56,127 bases of DNA, filler included, from Platydemus manokwari (GCA_037951405.1; 5 parts of 5 records of this genome joined end to end with filler, not necessarily neighbours in it); one strand, 5' to 3'. Counted from the first letter of the whole stretch, positions 1-14,130 are shown. The notes: generated from the letters alone by a model not told the origin. A program made the numbers and translations.

Positions 1-82
1 AAGTAGTTTTTAAAAAATTTTGATTTAAAGTTCAATATATAAAAATCGGACATTTCATATGGGACAACCTAATATTAGCAAC

Positions 83-3000
83 CTATCTCATGAAAGGGCA
101 ACTCATTTTCGAATATCTTATAGCAATTGTTATTTGTTTTTCGTCAACGTTTTCTGTATCACTCCATGAAATTAATTTTGAATATTGAAAAGATATTCTT
201 GTATTTTTGTATTTAATTTTGTGATAATGAATAAATATCTCAATGAAATATTATAAATAAACTTAACGTTTTTACTAATTTCGATAAAAATAACGCTTAC
301 TTTATCATTAGATTTGTTCTCCTCGACTCCTATTTGAATAAGATCGTATTGTAAATCTATAAAAGCATAAAAAATATATGAATCGAAAATTAATAAAAAT
401 GACTTATTAATCCAACTAGAGTTTCACATGAAACATTATATTTCACGAAACCAATATTAATTTTTTCGAATTCTCCTCTGTGTATTTTCATACATTTTGT
501 TGAATAATTCCCATTGGATATCTATTTCCATCAAATCAATGTTCATGATATTCAATTAATATTTCAATAACCTGGATATATATTTGTGAATTATTGTAAA
601 GGATTGACAATGTGTTGATTTCATATTTAATAATTTTGTGTAAAGAATTGATTTCGGTCCTTTGTGATTGATTGCCTATCGAGAGAATAAACACATTCGA
701 TCCAAACATATAAATCGATAATACGGATTTATCTCTGCAGACAAATTATTTGAAGCAATGAATTAAATTATTAAAATTCATACTTAAACATTATTTCTGT
801 AAGACAGTAGTTTTTAATGCTATTCAATTTCCATGCCAACTGAAAATTGATAAATTTGCCTATTGGGCCCCGTTTAAGTACTGAATGATTGTGTATTGAA
901 TATGGGCTGAAATCTGAAATTACATTATCAGAGAATGATGATAACATTAGTCTGTGATATGAAAACCATTCTCAAACATTCGATATAAAATTATCGAATA
1001 TGTAAAAAAATAAGAAATAAATAAGTATTAAATAAACGAAACAGAAAAATCAACAACTATTAGAAAAGAAAGAAATGTGAAATATAAATATGGATTAGTT
1101 TTATCATCTTTATTAAATTCAATAATAGCTCAATTTTTGATCAGAATTACTTGTTATTATAAAGTAGCACCAATATTTGTATCAACATTGATTAATTTTA
1201 TGAATAATTATAATTATAACAAATATAATAATTTCGAAATACTTTTTTGACTGTTGTTTTGATTTATTGAACTCGATAACAAACATCGGAATTCATTAGT
1301 TGAGCTTGATGAAGTACAATATTTGATACCACGCGTGTTTTCATGAAAAGATTCATCACAGAAAGATGAAAAATAATTTACAGTTTTTTTCAATGAAATC
1401 AATTTATGAGAGATGTAAAGTTTATCAACACATCCAATCATTTTATTGGTGAATATTTTATGAGACTTAATTGTAATTTTAGATAGATCAATATCAGCAA
1501 TATATATGAATGTCTTCTGGCCATATGAAGAAAAATTTGATGTTTTTAATATTTCGTCAATTGCATCTGAAAGATTTTAATCCATAAACATTAGTAAGAC
1601 AATATTAATAATATTAAATGTGAGGAAATTTTAAAGTAATTAAGAATAATTTAAAATAATAATTTTAATGAAAATATCAATTACAATTTAAAATAATTTA
1701 ATAATAAATTTCAAAATAAAAATATTTTTTTGAAATTATTAATAAATTATTAATAAATCGTTTATGTAATTATGAAATAATTTAAATATTTTTATCTATA
1801 CTTTATTAAGACTGATAACTAAATCTCTTTAGAAAATGAATTTAAATTTTTTTCAAAATTGTTTTATTTGTTGGCTTTAAATAAAAGTTAAGAAAATCGT
1901 AAAAATGACTTCATTTGTTGAACCATCCATTTTAAGAGACCACACACATGGATGTGATCTTAAGCAGGCGATGATATCGAACAGTTTATTAAAAGCTGTA
2001 ATTTTGATATTTTCAAAACAACCAAAAATCGATGAGAAATATGGTTGTAATTTCTTTATTAGATAAGAGTGTGATCGCTCATTACGAGGTAATTCCAGAT
2101 GAAATCAAGAGGTATGACCAAAGATTGCCAAATGTCTTTGTTTTCTTTGATAAAGTTGATCATATGACAGATGATATGATATGACATAAAACAAAGAAAG
2201 AATATGTAGTGGCATTCTTGGCAGTTCATTGTTCAGAGAATGTATAATTGGAGAGAGAAATAAAAACGAATGACATTGTTGAATTACTGGAAGACGAAGG
2301 CGGTAATAAAAACAAGATGAAGTGCGTGAAGTAAACAATGTGATAATTGGATAATTGGATTACCTAATGCAAATCCAATCATCAGCCAAATGTGCAGGTA
2401 AGGAGAATAGAGACCAGATATTCCTACAATAGTATCAAACCCAGTCATATAGCTTAAAACTGTAACAATGTTGTAGCCTGTTATACCTGCTGTAAATTGG
2501 GCCACAAAGCAGGAACTTGTTCAAATATAATCAGGTTTGAAAGATGTCAAAATATTGAAGACATCAGGAAAAAGAATGTTACACCAATCTAGAAAAACGT
2601 GGAGACTTAAGACAAGAACAGCAAGAATGCAGCCAATGGAGAAATGTCAGAGGTGTTGAAACGGGTAATTACAAAGAAGGAAACTTTAAAAGGTGAAGAC
2701 TCCTAATTACAGAAATTAAGAACAGGTGGTGAAAGAAAGTCGAATTGGAGAATGAAATCTGCGTTGAGTACTGAAAAGCCGAAGCTCTTACTTGAGGAGA
2801 GTGGCTCGGAGCAATGGACTAATCTATGACGTTGATCTTAATCAGGATACCTTGAGTATAAGCAGTCAAATTAGTATTTATAACATAAGTAAACCTTATA
2901 ATAATAAAATAATTAATAAATCAAGTACATTGTAAGAATAAAAAGATAGAAAGATTAAGTGTGATTCCACAAAAATAGATGGAATAACCCAAGAGAAGAT

Positions 3001-4797
3001 TATACTAGAAAGAACTAATGCAATTACGAACAAAAAGAAACGACAATAACAACACTTGAGAAATTAAGAGACCTAAAGACACTTTGCGTTTTTCAAATGA
3101 TAGTAACATGGATCTAATTGTTAAAATCACATCAAAAATAATATTTGCAACTAATAAACCGGTTTCTCAGCCATGTATACTTATTCGTATCCGAAAGAAC
3201 CTTCATTTAAGTATCACATGTTTCTGTTATTAAGCTCAATTAAATATTACCGATAATATAAAATATTTCAGATTTAATAATTTAGAATTACTAATAGTGT
3301 ATGTGTGGGATTTTCAGATATTTTTGAATGATTAATTTTAAATTTACAAAGAAGCTTGAAAATAGAGTATAATAAATTAGGATTATTTTTATATTTATGG
3401 AAAATAATTATAAATAAATTAATATCGCCTTTATAACTATTAATAGTTATATTTATTGTTTATACGTCGTCTCACCGCTGATTCATGCATTTATAATAAA
3501 TTCTCTATATTAGGAGCATTCAACAACATAAACAATCAACCAGGCATGTATCATCATTATATGATATTTGTAGCCGGTCATATTCATAACCATCACTCCT
3601 TGAAATTTTAGGAATTGCATTTTGTTCAAAAAGTTGATTAGTTTGTTTTAAAAATCATTTAGATTTAATTTTATTATTTTGAAGAGGGCATTGATATTTA
3701 TTAAATAGAGAATACAAAGCACTCATCATTAATTTATGCTATTGTCAGGTGTCATTTGTTTAGAATACTGGTATATTTATATAAAAGATATACTGGAATG
3801 AAACTTAAATGTACTAACAACTTTTATTCACGGATAAATAGTAAGTGATTCCGGATATTGGAGAAATATTCGTTGTTTCATATCCAACTTAGTCGTATTT
3901 CTGAAATTCTGGTTTCGATGAATAATTACTGTAGGCCGCTAATATCTTATAAGATAAGCATTGAAAACAAATTGAAAATTGACGATTAATTTGAAAATTG
4001 TATTGAATCAAATTATTTAAACAATTTAGTTTATTTTAATTTAAAATCAAAATAAAAAATCTTGTGTTTTAATTCATTTTAAAATCCTCAAAATCATAAA
4101 ACTAGTTTTATTGATGTTCGACCACTTTCTATAATAATAATTTACTAAACATTTTAATTTCAGTAGCTTTTCTAACTATCGTGAATAGATTTTCATTATG
4201 GCACATATACAAATAGAGTTCAGTGTATTACTTAAATTAGAGTTTGATATAATTAAGTTTTTTAATAATTATATTGTTTAATATAAATGTCAAATTACTT
4301 TTTTTAAATATACCATGAGATGAATCAAACACAGTTTTTGTTCCAGAGCAATCAATAATAAATTCCGATTTTTTCAATATCATATTTAATTTCACATATC
4401 CTTTCATACAACCACCAAAACTACCTACAAGCTATAAAATAAATAATCATTCAATTATATTATCAATAACTTACACATTTGATTCATCTTTTTTGACAGT
4501 ATATATTTATTCGTGTATATCACAAACATTTTTGTATTATTTCGACCCTCTTTGATCTGGATGAGAATTTGAGCATTCTTTGTATCGACGATGTACAGAA
4601 TAATTCCTGATGCATCATTAATTAACAATGTTAAATCGATGTGGAAGTCTTTATTGATTACACTATTGATTTCATGGTGAATGATATGAGTTGTGAATAA
4701 TAATAAATTATTTAACAAAGCTAAATATTCTGAATAAACATTAAACCAAAATTATAACAGAATTACTTATTGAAAAAAACAAAATTAGCTTCACCAT
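83..4797 (-). CDS. Secreted protein with two laminin-G-like (LamG/TSPN) domains, ~444 aa, 9 exons: 4797-4767, 4720-4475, 4424-4314, 1566-1243, 913-784, 734-572, 521-404, 356-301, 238-83
   Basis: All exons have GT..AG boundaries with compatible phases (total 1335 nt = 445 codons, open throughout), and most introns are 46-62 bp. The N-terminus MVKLILFFSITLLNNLLLFTT is hydrophobic. LamG-like strands: DFHIDLTLLINDASGIILYIV..ILIQIKEG, VKLNMILKKSEFIIDC, FIYIADI..KMIGCVDKLYISHKLISL; second unit LSIYMFGSNVFILSIG..NTLSILYNNSQIYIQ. The last exon uses an uncommon GAG acceptor and is the least certain. Confidence 0.72.
2100..2760 (+). mobile_element. Degenerate Gypsy-type gag fragment with tandem zinc knuckles, inside intron 3 of the LamG gene
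   Basis: Near 2477-2520 it translates as CYTCCKLGHKAGTC (CX2CX4HX4C), followed by a decayed second knuckle (ERCQ..HQEKECYTN). Purine-rich, with stops and frameshifts. Confidence 0.65.
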
Positions 4798-6039
4798 TTG
4801 TTTGTCATTACAAAACAATCTTTAGAATAAATAATCCCTATTTGAATCGCATTATATATAATATTGTTATGAATTCGATACTAATTTTATACTCGATTTA
4901 ATAAATAGATCCATAATGCTTGCATAAACATATCGATAAATTTCTATAAATTTGATTTATCTAATTAAAGGATATTATAGGTAAAGAGACCCCATATGTG
5001 ACTTTCGATATGGTCGATTAAAAAAGAGAAATGACAGAATTTTTATGTTGTTCAAGAAAGAAGGATGGTCGGTTATAAATGAGCAATGTAACCATGGAAA
5101 TGCTATGAACCCAAAAAAGACTATTTTTCAAATGGTGATCTACTTAAATAAAAATACATTAATTAAGGCAATTCAGAAAGATATATGAGTACAAGCAAAC
5201 GGTGTTTTAAAACTTCTAGATATTGAATTAACTTTGAATGCCAAATCTGAATAATGTAAGTCTGGCAGAGGTCAGATTTTGAATTGATATAAATAATTCA
5301 CCGACATAGTCAAGTATGCATAAAAGCTATCAAAATAAATCACTGATTAAATGCAAAAAGTAAATATGGACACAAAAATTCGAATAGGTGACGGAATAAA
5401 TCTGAAGAATGAATATATTAAAAAGTTAAGTTAATTTCGTGAAAGATACGTGAAAATAAATGGAATCATAAAATAACTCTCAATTTCAAGGTAAAAATAT
5501 TAGATCAGGCGATATCAAGAAATATACAGCCAGACGTTGCGTTACTCATTTGGGAATTTCTGAAGTGCAAATTTAAGATACACAAATTAATAAATAATTA
5601 AAGATAATTATATTTTTAATTAAAAATTTATTTATATAATTTTTATATAATAATTTATATAATAATAATATAATAAATGAGTTTAAATATTTGTGGATTG
5701 AAAAAATATATTTACTGGATTTTTTGTGATTGATATTCTAAATGAATTAGTTACCAATAATAGATATTATTTACAGATTTACGGTTGAATATCACTTTCG
5801 GATATTTTTAAGATTTATACTATATATAAAGACATATGATCATTTTGCCAATTACTCATAATTCCTCTTATTCAAGTCGAAATTCTTTATCTGCCAAAAT
5901 TAACTTAAAACTCTAAGATTATCAAATAAATAGCCTTACATTTTAATTTATTAATAATATTCACAATTGACTGACAATGTAGTAGAATTACAAGGAGACG
6001 AGAAAGTAGTAAGAATATTAATAATCAGTGAGTTAAAGC

Positions 6040-7450
6040 TTCTCTAGATTTCATATAATAAAATGCAACTGAGACCGAGTTTAACTATATAAATAGAGAA
6101 TAAAGAATTGGAATGCTTGTTAGACACTTGTGCCAGAGTAAATGCCATGGATAAGACTATATTGGAGACACTCAAACAAGTAGAAATAGAATATACAGGT
6201 GAAAGTTTACGATGCGCCAACAACAGTAGATTGGAGTTTGTTAGTAAAATATGAATAAAAGCAAGTTAAGAAGTCAGCCCAAGATGATATCAGTCATAAT
6301 AGTTAAGTAAATGAAACCGAAAATTATAGACGGAATAGAGTTTCAAGAAGAATTTCGATCAGAGTTACAAAAAAATTACCAGCACAAAGAAACCGAATTA
6401 AACACCTCCATTCGTGAGATTTATCAGCGAGATTTAGTTAAAGTATTACCGACGTAGATTTTTCCAAGAAAACCAAAGTATGTCTTGCGTTTGAAGGACA
6501 GATCTTGTTTATGGTAAATTTCAAAAGCGAAATGTAATGGTTCCATAACAGACCAATAGAAAATTGTTTGTAGAAAGATAGTAAATACATAGGATTGTAA
6601 CAAATGGGAGCCCCAGGAAATTTAGAAGAAAAGATAGAAAAGCCAATCAAGATATTAAGAGAAAACAAAGAGATGAGCAAGGAAATGAACGAGTCATTTT
6701 CGTACGGATTTCATTTCAAAAAGTTTTTGTAACACCATGAACAAATTTTAGCGAGATCCCGAGTACAGGAAAAATGAAGATTAGGATATTAACAATAATG
6801 ACAGAGAAAAAAAAGAATGGCAGATAAACAACAATGAAATAGAAATGATACAAAAGAGTGATAGATCGAACACGAAGTAGTAAGTTAATGCTCAACGGAG
6901 ATACAATAAAAACTAAAGAAAACAAAATTTGGTTACCAGGAGAAAAAGAAGAAAAATGATAGAACATACACAGAAATTGCTGTGTCACGCAGGGACGGAT
7001 AAAGTTACAAATTATATAAAAAATAGATTTGGTATGAAAGACATGGGAGGAAAAATAAAGAATTATTGAACGACAATTTCAAATGATTTGAAGAAAAGGA
7101 AAGACTAAGTACGAATTGGGCTTCGATATTATCAGAGATAGAATACGCGTTGAATGCGACAGTACAAAAAACTATTAAGGTCGGTCCATTAGAATTCATT
7201 TTCAGAAAAAAATAGCAAATAGTAGAATAGAAAAAGACGAGTTAAAGAAGAACATAGAATATAAACAACAACTAAACGTAAATTCAAAGAAGGCGATCAG
7301 ATACTAACAAAGAAAGAGATGATGACTAAAGATCAGGGAAGATATGAAGGCCCAAATAGAGTAATTAGGATGAATCATGAAAGAAGCTTCCGATTACAAA
7401 ATAGAAAAGGCGCAGTAATAACAAGGAATATTGAAAAAAACAAAACGGTT
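6040..7450 (+). mobile_element. Internally deleted, decayed Ty3/Gypsy pol (protease, integrase zinc finger, integrase core end, GPY/F C-terminus)
   Basis: Protease LECLLDTCARVNAM..SLRCANNSRL (~6105-6235); H..LLCHAG zinc-finger remnant (~6965-7000); NWASILSEIEYALNATVQKTIKVGPLEFIF (~7113-7203); RKFKEGDQIL..GRYEGPNRVI (~7277-7370). Confidence 0.8.
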
Positions 7451-7489
7451 AAAATAAAAATAAGGCACGGATTTCTATCAGAATATACT

Positions 7490-7700
7490 AACTCCGTAGA
7501 ATATGTAAAGAAAAATATTACAAAGAGAAAACCACAAGTAGTTATGGACTATAATGTCACCATGGAAGGCCTTGATAGAGTAGATAAACACCTTTCAAAT
7601 TATCCTGTTGCACTCCAAAGAGAGAAGAAGTATTATAAAAAAATGTCTTTCCATTTATTGGAGCAAACATTGTGATATTATTTTGTTTTGTTCACAAAAC
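7490..7700 (+). mobile_element. piggyBac transposase C-terminal catalytic fragment (PGBD4-like)
   Basis: KPQVVMDYNVTMEGLDRVDKHLSNYPVALQREKKYYKKMSFHLLE matches the piggyBac motif KPxxxxDYNxxMGGVDxxDQxxxxY..KKxYKKIFFHLLD. Confidence 0.85.
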
Positions 7701-9659
7701 AAGTGAGCTTTACGAGAATCTTAGATTTGAAGGAAGATTTCAATGTGGTTCATTTAATCACAATTAGTATACTTTTAAAACAGTGTTAAGTAATATGAGT
7801 ATTAATAATAAATATTTTTGAAGACTCACTTATTGTAGTTAATAAAAGCAAGAGAAGCCTTCATCGAAAAGAGTCAGTACCAGATATGATTGAGCGTTTA
7901 AAGGTATTTATTATAATTATTTGGCAGATACTTAATAGAAATTTTTAAAAATGTGTTCAATTTTATTTTTAATTCTAATTTTTAGTGTTTTTGAAAATGT
8001 ACTCATTTGGGGGCAATTTTTTATTTTTCTAAAATTTATCTGTAATAATTGCTGAGTATCTTCATCTTTCCTTTGTTTCTACTTTTGGTTGACTTATAAA
8101 CCTGTGTTTCTTGCATTGCTTTGAATATTTTTTAAAATTCCTAACTGTTTTTAATTGTTTTCGCAAAACTTTTGTGGGAGAAATAGCCACATGATTTCCA
8201 ATGCTGATACAAAACTGTGGTTCCAACTAGAAGTATTGAATGTTTGATTTGTGACTAAATAAATTATTGCCTAATATTTTGACAAACCTAAAGTAACCGA
8301 AATGGAATCGGTTATTATTTTTATCACTCATAGAATAGCCATGGAAGTTGTTATGTATGTAGATATGCATAATGTCAAATATGTAAGATGTTTTTAATAA
8401 AATGAATGGTTTCTTATTTATTAGTCTCCTTTTTTATTTTAAATTTCCGGTTTGGATATTATCTATTTCAATGAGAAATAAGGATGAAATTCTATTTTAA
8501 ATTCATAGTAAAATATAAGATCAAAAATGGATATCACTAAATGACAAAATATGTTTATTACGGCCACTGATGTGTCAATGTTGATAAATGAATTTTTGAG
8601 AATTCTTTATTAAAGTTGAAACTCATTTATCCTTGACGAGTAATGTTATGACCAAATTTTAACATTATTTTCGTAGATTAACTTTGCACTTTATCTAGCA
8701 GTAAATACAAGAAGACTAATTAATATGCTATAAATATATTGAATTAAGTTAATATCTTTAAGACTGACAGGCAAAAATGCTATTAATTTCTACCAGTTTT
8801 CATTATGATTTCAAAAATAATGAATAACTATCTTCGTGATTTTTTGAACACGGTAATTGGGCCTCCTATTTATAATTTTTGAAGCTACTTTAAATGAGAA
8901 TTTTTGGCACTTAATAAAATATCTTTGAGTACATTTTCATCTAATTATTTAACAGCTTCTTATTTCAAAATGTTCCTGAATCTTCCTTAAATCTGTAGCA
9001 ATAAATAAACATGGGATTTTTCACATTATTCTGTACAATCTAGACTAGTCGCGTCTAATATATAATTCGAATTCATTAAATACAAATATGGCATCGAATA
9101 AATTAAATGACTTACTGATTTATATTGTGAAATAAATTGATAAAAAAATTATTTAATCTTAAAAATTTAGGAATAAAAAAATAATTAAAAATGTTTAAAA
9201 TATGCAACTCAAAATATATATTATATAAAATGTCTTAGAGAAAATATAATTACTAAAAATTATTTAAAATTTAAACAAAATGGATTTGAATTGATATCAA
9301 AATGACCGTTTATTTTAATGAGAAGAATTCAAAGAAATCTAAGTAAACTTTACGGACATGAAATTGAAACCAAATATATGTATTTCGACACAAAATGGGA
9401 CAAAGTACAAATACACATCAGGAATACATATGATCACACATTTTAGATTTATTAAAATATTTCTAATAAGTAAATTTTTAAAACATTGTTTAATAATGTT
9501 TTGAAATAGTATTGATATTAGAACGAGTACATCCAAAGTTTTTGAAAAACAACAAAATCCAGTTAAAAAAATTCCATATCAAAAAAATTCGGATGGAAAG
9601 TGAAGTGGCCATTCAAACTCGATTACACTTATTATAATGATCTCATCAAAATAGCCATG

Positions 9660-11270
9660 AGGGTCGAATGAAGTTTACATTGATAGTGTGTCAACAAGTC
9701 ACATACGCCACAGAAACATATTATGAGTAAAATTCTACTCAAAAATTCTATAGACAAAACATAGAGAAAAGACACGCTAGTTTACTAGAATAAGCCGATC
9801 TTTAAAGGAACGATATTTACCTAATTATTCTACTTCCAGACGTATTTTTACGTTATGTGGTAAAATTTTGGTTTAAATCTATCTACATTTCAAATTAGTT
9901 TGATGAAATCTGGAGTTGAAATGGATAATTTCAAAGAGCATTGATGTACAAAAACAAAGAGAATCAGAAAAAAGATTTTAAAAACAATGAGAAACAGAGT
10001 AGTTATTATTTTATTTATTATATAGTGATGAAAATTTAGATGATGAAGCATATTTATTGAATTACAAATGTATTGCTGTGAAAACAAATAAAATTAATGT
10101 TGAGTTTTATAATGAACAAAGCATTATTAATGAAAACGTAGAATATGAACTAGTCAATTTTCATAAAAATGAAACTGTGAAATTCAAGATGCAGTATTTA
10201 ATATACGGGTCAATCAAGGTAATCGTATTTTTAATAATAATTAAAATTTGACAAATGTTTTTTATAAAATATGGAAAATAAAGAAAAAAATAAGTAAAGT
10301 AAAGAATCCAACGAAATTAAATTAACCAATAATTAAAATTGAATATATTTAATAATTCAAAAATACATTAAAAATATTAAGAAGTTGAATGATATCCTTT
10401 GGAGTAAATCAATACTTTTTATAATGAAAATTATTAACTTTAACGAATTTAGAACTTTAATTGCGTATGATTTCTCAAAAAACGGTGGTAAAAATTTATT
10501 CATTAATGAATATAACATAATGCCTAGAAGCATATCCGATGAAAATCTCTTAAAGCGATAATGAGTATTATTTTTTATACCAGAAATCGAATTTTTCTGA
10601 AGGAAAATTATACATTGTATTTTTGTGGAAAATCTACTCATACATCATTGAAGAAGGCTGTTAGAAATAGACTTCGACAATTGCGAAACAGCTTTACAAA
10701 TTGTAAAATTAAAAATAGACCCAAAATCAGACTGTCTGCAAAAAGAGGCTACATCACGAGAAAATTCATTGTGGCTAGAGGATCTACAGAAGACGATGAA
10801 GAATGTAAAGGAGCACCATATCAATTCCCCTGACAAATTATTGACAAAGTAGTAGTGATGGAAGAATTTTCAATAGAAATATGACAATGAGAAGACGTAT
10901 TTGATAAATATATTGAACAAATGGAAACTCATCCATTCTGCAAACTAAAATAACAAAAATTACCAAAATAGTGACTTAGTATTAGTTCATCACAAGATTA
11001 TACTTTGGCATTTCTAAGGGAAAGTGATTTAATGAAAGTTAAGAGTGATTATTAACAATATGATTCTCATCTAAAGACAAGATCAAGGTCATCAAATCCA
11101 ACTTTGACTGAAGATGGCATGTGCTTTATCAGAAAAGGCACAGTAACAAAGTGTGGTAAATTAGTGTATCACAATACTATAAAGGAATATATGTTTCTAA
11201 ACCGAAAAATACATCGGAATAGAGTGGCGATGGCGGTAACAAACTTAAGAGTCGTCACATATGCTGATTA
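9660..11270 (+). mobile_element. Highly decayed Ty1/Copia-like pol relic
   Basis: Remnants in Copia order: VYIDSVSTSHI (protease, ~9673), KEATSRENSLWLE (pre-RT, ~10743), EECKGAPYQ (RT PY motif, ~10798), GMCFIRKG..HNTIKEYM (RNase H STxEAEY-like, ~11116-11193). Each motif is weak individually. Confidence 0.4.
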
Positions 11271-11500
11271 CTGAAAATGGAATATTTGGTCTCTTTCTAG
11301 GTGAGGCCGCATATATATCTACAGAAAAATGAGACATGCATAAATGAATTCATTGAAACAATTTTATTGATAGTAGTCTATATTTTGTTTACATTTATTA
11401 GGTGTATTAGTATGATTCCGGCATTTTTTAAAAAACAAAAACATTTTTTAAAATATTTATTTAATGAAATTCAATCAAAATATTTTCCATTTGCAGATAT

Positions 11501-11600
11501 NNNNNNNNNNNNNNNNNNNNNNNNNNNNNNNNNNNNNNNNNNNNTTAATTAATTAANNNNNNNNNNNNNNNNNNNNNNNNNNNNNNNNNNNNNNNNNNNN
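11501..11600. other. Artificial contig-joining spacer (N run with TTAATTAATTAA)
   Basis: About 100 nt, with a central 12-mer that gives stops in all six frames. The same design recurs three more times. Confidence 0.95.
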
Positions 11601-11831
11601 ATTAAAAGAAGAGTGCGATTTGTCCATGTGGCATTAGCACAACCGGAATTCGCCAGTGGGCTTGTTCCGATAGCTGTTAACATACTGGATTATCAAGGGG
11701 AATTGACGTATTCCAACGTAATTACCCCCAGAGCACGGATTTTGGATTATCGAACGCCTCAACATGGCCTAATCGAAGAAACAGTTCAAGGAAGAAGAGA
11801 TTAACTATTGGTCAAAGAGGAAGTCAATAAA
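11601..11831 (+). pseudogene. Intronless DEDDh 3'-5' exonuclease fragment (REX4/ISG20-like), probably TE-borne
   Basis: VNILDYQGELTYSNVITPRARILDYRTPQHGL..D*LLVKEEV aligns by eye to the REX4/ISG20 segment VSIVNxxGxxxYDxYVKPxxxVTDYRTxVSGI..VxxEV. It has an internal stop and is truncated. Confidence 0.65.
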
Positions 11832-13419
11832 GAGAGGCGACAATTTTTAATAAATGCTTTAAATAACAAACAATTAAAGATAAACAAATAACGATAGTGA
11901 TCATAAGAATGAAATCATAAAATTTTAATAATAATGATAATAATAATAAAAATTATTATTATTATAACAATAATAATAGAATGAAATATTAAAAAATAAT
12001 AAATTAAATAATAATAATAGTACAAATTTTAAGAAAAATCAAGCATTAAAAAACAGCCTATAACAAGAAAATTAAATCATAATGAAATAAAATAGTATCA
12101 AAATCGTAATAAATGAATCGAAAAATAAGCTCTTATCTGATTTGAAAATCGAGTAGCAAGAATAAATCAGAAAAAATTGTTACATATTTTATGAGTGAAT
12201 AAAAATATTAACATCTTTTATTTCAGAAAAAGTAGGAAAAAAACAATAGGAAAAACATGAACTTAAAATAAAATGACGCCATTGCACAAGATAGGCACCA
12301 GTGAAAAAACACTACATAAAGGTTTAAGATTTTGAACACACATCAAGAAAATTCTAACTTAGAAGCGATAGTTGATTACCGAAGGTTTTACTGTCAATAG
12401 TGAATAAGAATCGATTGTTTGTAATCATAGCACTATCGTTCGTTAGTAATTAATCTTCATTTAATCCCATTAATTTGAGTGTTAGTCGGCTCCATTTGGT
12501 ATCTTCCGACATCTCTTGTGCGGATATTTCGCAGCAAACTACTTGAGTAGTGCGTTGCATAATTTGACAAATTTTTGTGTTATTTTTTACTGTTAAAATT
12601 TTTTCGTCCTTAAATAAATATTACTATTCAATCATTGATTTATTAATGTAATAATAACATCTCTACATATCGTAGCCAACTATTATCATTAATTCATCAA
12701 CTATTAATCTATTATTGTGTACATTCAGTAAAGCTCGCAATTGCTACAACGGGACAAGCAAAATCCTTGTTGTAACAATCAATAATATTAATAAGCTTAA
12801 CCTTTAGATATTTTCAGTAGATTTTACGTTAAATTCGTACTCATACGAATTACTAAAGCCCTCTAAGACCACTTTAAGCATTAAAACTAACTACCATTCA
12901 ACTTACTAATATTAACATTATCATTGTAAAACATGTTTTAGCGTCATATAATAGAAATGATAAATGCATTCGAAATTCGACTAACAGAGATCAACACAAT
13001 CGAATTGTAACACCAAATATCAGAATTTCAAAATTATTATAGAAAATTCATTAGTTACTATGGAAAGATCACGCCACATATGTACATTGCAATATCTGGA
13101 AATGTTAGAGGTTTACATGAAAATTTCCTGAAATTTATGGCAGCTTTGAATGAAGCACCCATTCTGGATTATCATGAGTAAACAGAAAATTTATTACGGA
13201 TTCAAATGCAAGATTTGTAGCAATTAGTTCACTGCAAAGTCAGAACACGGAAGACGGATAGGAAGTAGAAATAGTCGTAGCGATTGTTGAAGAGCCATGT
13301 AATGAGCTATTGTGCAACAAATTAAGAGCATTCAGTCATTCATGAATTCGTTATGCATTTCACATAATATCTGTATGTGAAAAAATTTGATGTAGGCTTT
13401 ATTGTTCTTAAATTCAACA

Positions 13420-14130
13420 ATAGAACCAATTATTTCTCAGATTCAAACGTATACAGTCAATCTATCGAAATACGACTTTGAACTAAAATTTAGAAAGGTG
13501 AAGAGTATAGTAACGCAAACGCAATATCTCGAATTGGCGAAACATAGGCTCTCAACGTCAAAGTAAACACTATTTAACCAAAACTAAGGCGACATTCGAG
13601 CATTATTGAAGAACATTCAACCGTAGATCTCCCTTAATTTGTGATTCAGCATTTGTTCAAGGCAAATTACAGGTATATAGTTAAATAACTCTTAAAGCTG
13701 AAGTTGGAAAAAGGCTAGCTGAAACTATAACTTGTGGAAGGAACGTGCGTAAGAAGGGTTAAGGCCTAATAAAGCACAAGATTGCGCCAAGCAGATTAAT
13801 CCAAAGGGCACTTAAACTAAAAGATCAGAATATGTATATGGTATATATGTCTGGAAAGTCAAACGCAAATCCAGATTCGTTATCACGAATACCAGGAAAT
13901 AAGGAGAAATCAGCATTAGAAATAAATGTAATAGAAGCTTTTGAAAATAATGTTAAAAACAACCAAAGAAGATAAAGAATTTAATAAAGACACAGGAAGA
14001 AAATAAGTAGCAGGATTTATGAAGGTATAATAATTTAATACCAGAAGGATATCAGATAACAATGGATGGAACCATAAATATCTTGATGGAGAATATTCAT
14101 TAATAGTAGTAGTACAAGAGATAAACGTGT
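13420..14130 (+). mobile_element. Two successive Gypsy RNase H C-terminal fragments
   Basis: SQIQTYTVNLSKYDFELKFRKG-EEYSNANAISRI (~13435-13536, frameshifted) and RLIQRALKLKDQN..MVYMSGKSNANPDSLSRIP (~13793-13894). Both resemble RWxxxLxxYxFxIxYxxGxxNxxADxLSR. Confidence 0.75.

Noticed and set aside
3520-3600. SDGYEYDRLQISY as a LamG exon
   Set aside because: Phase is incompatible with the strong GTAAGT donor at 4474; exon 4424-4314 fills that position cleanly.
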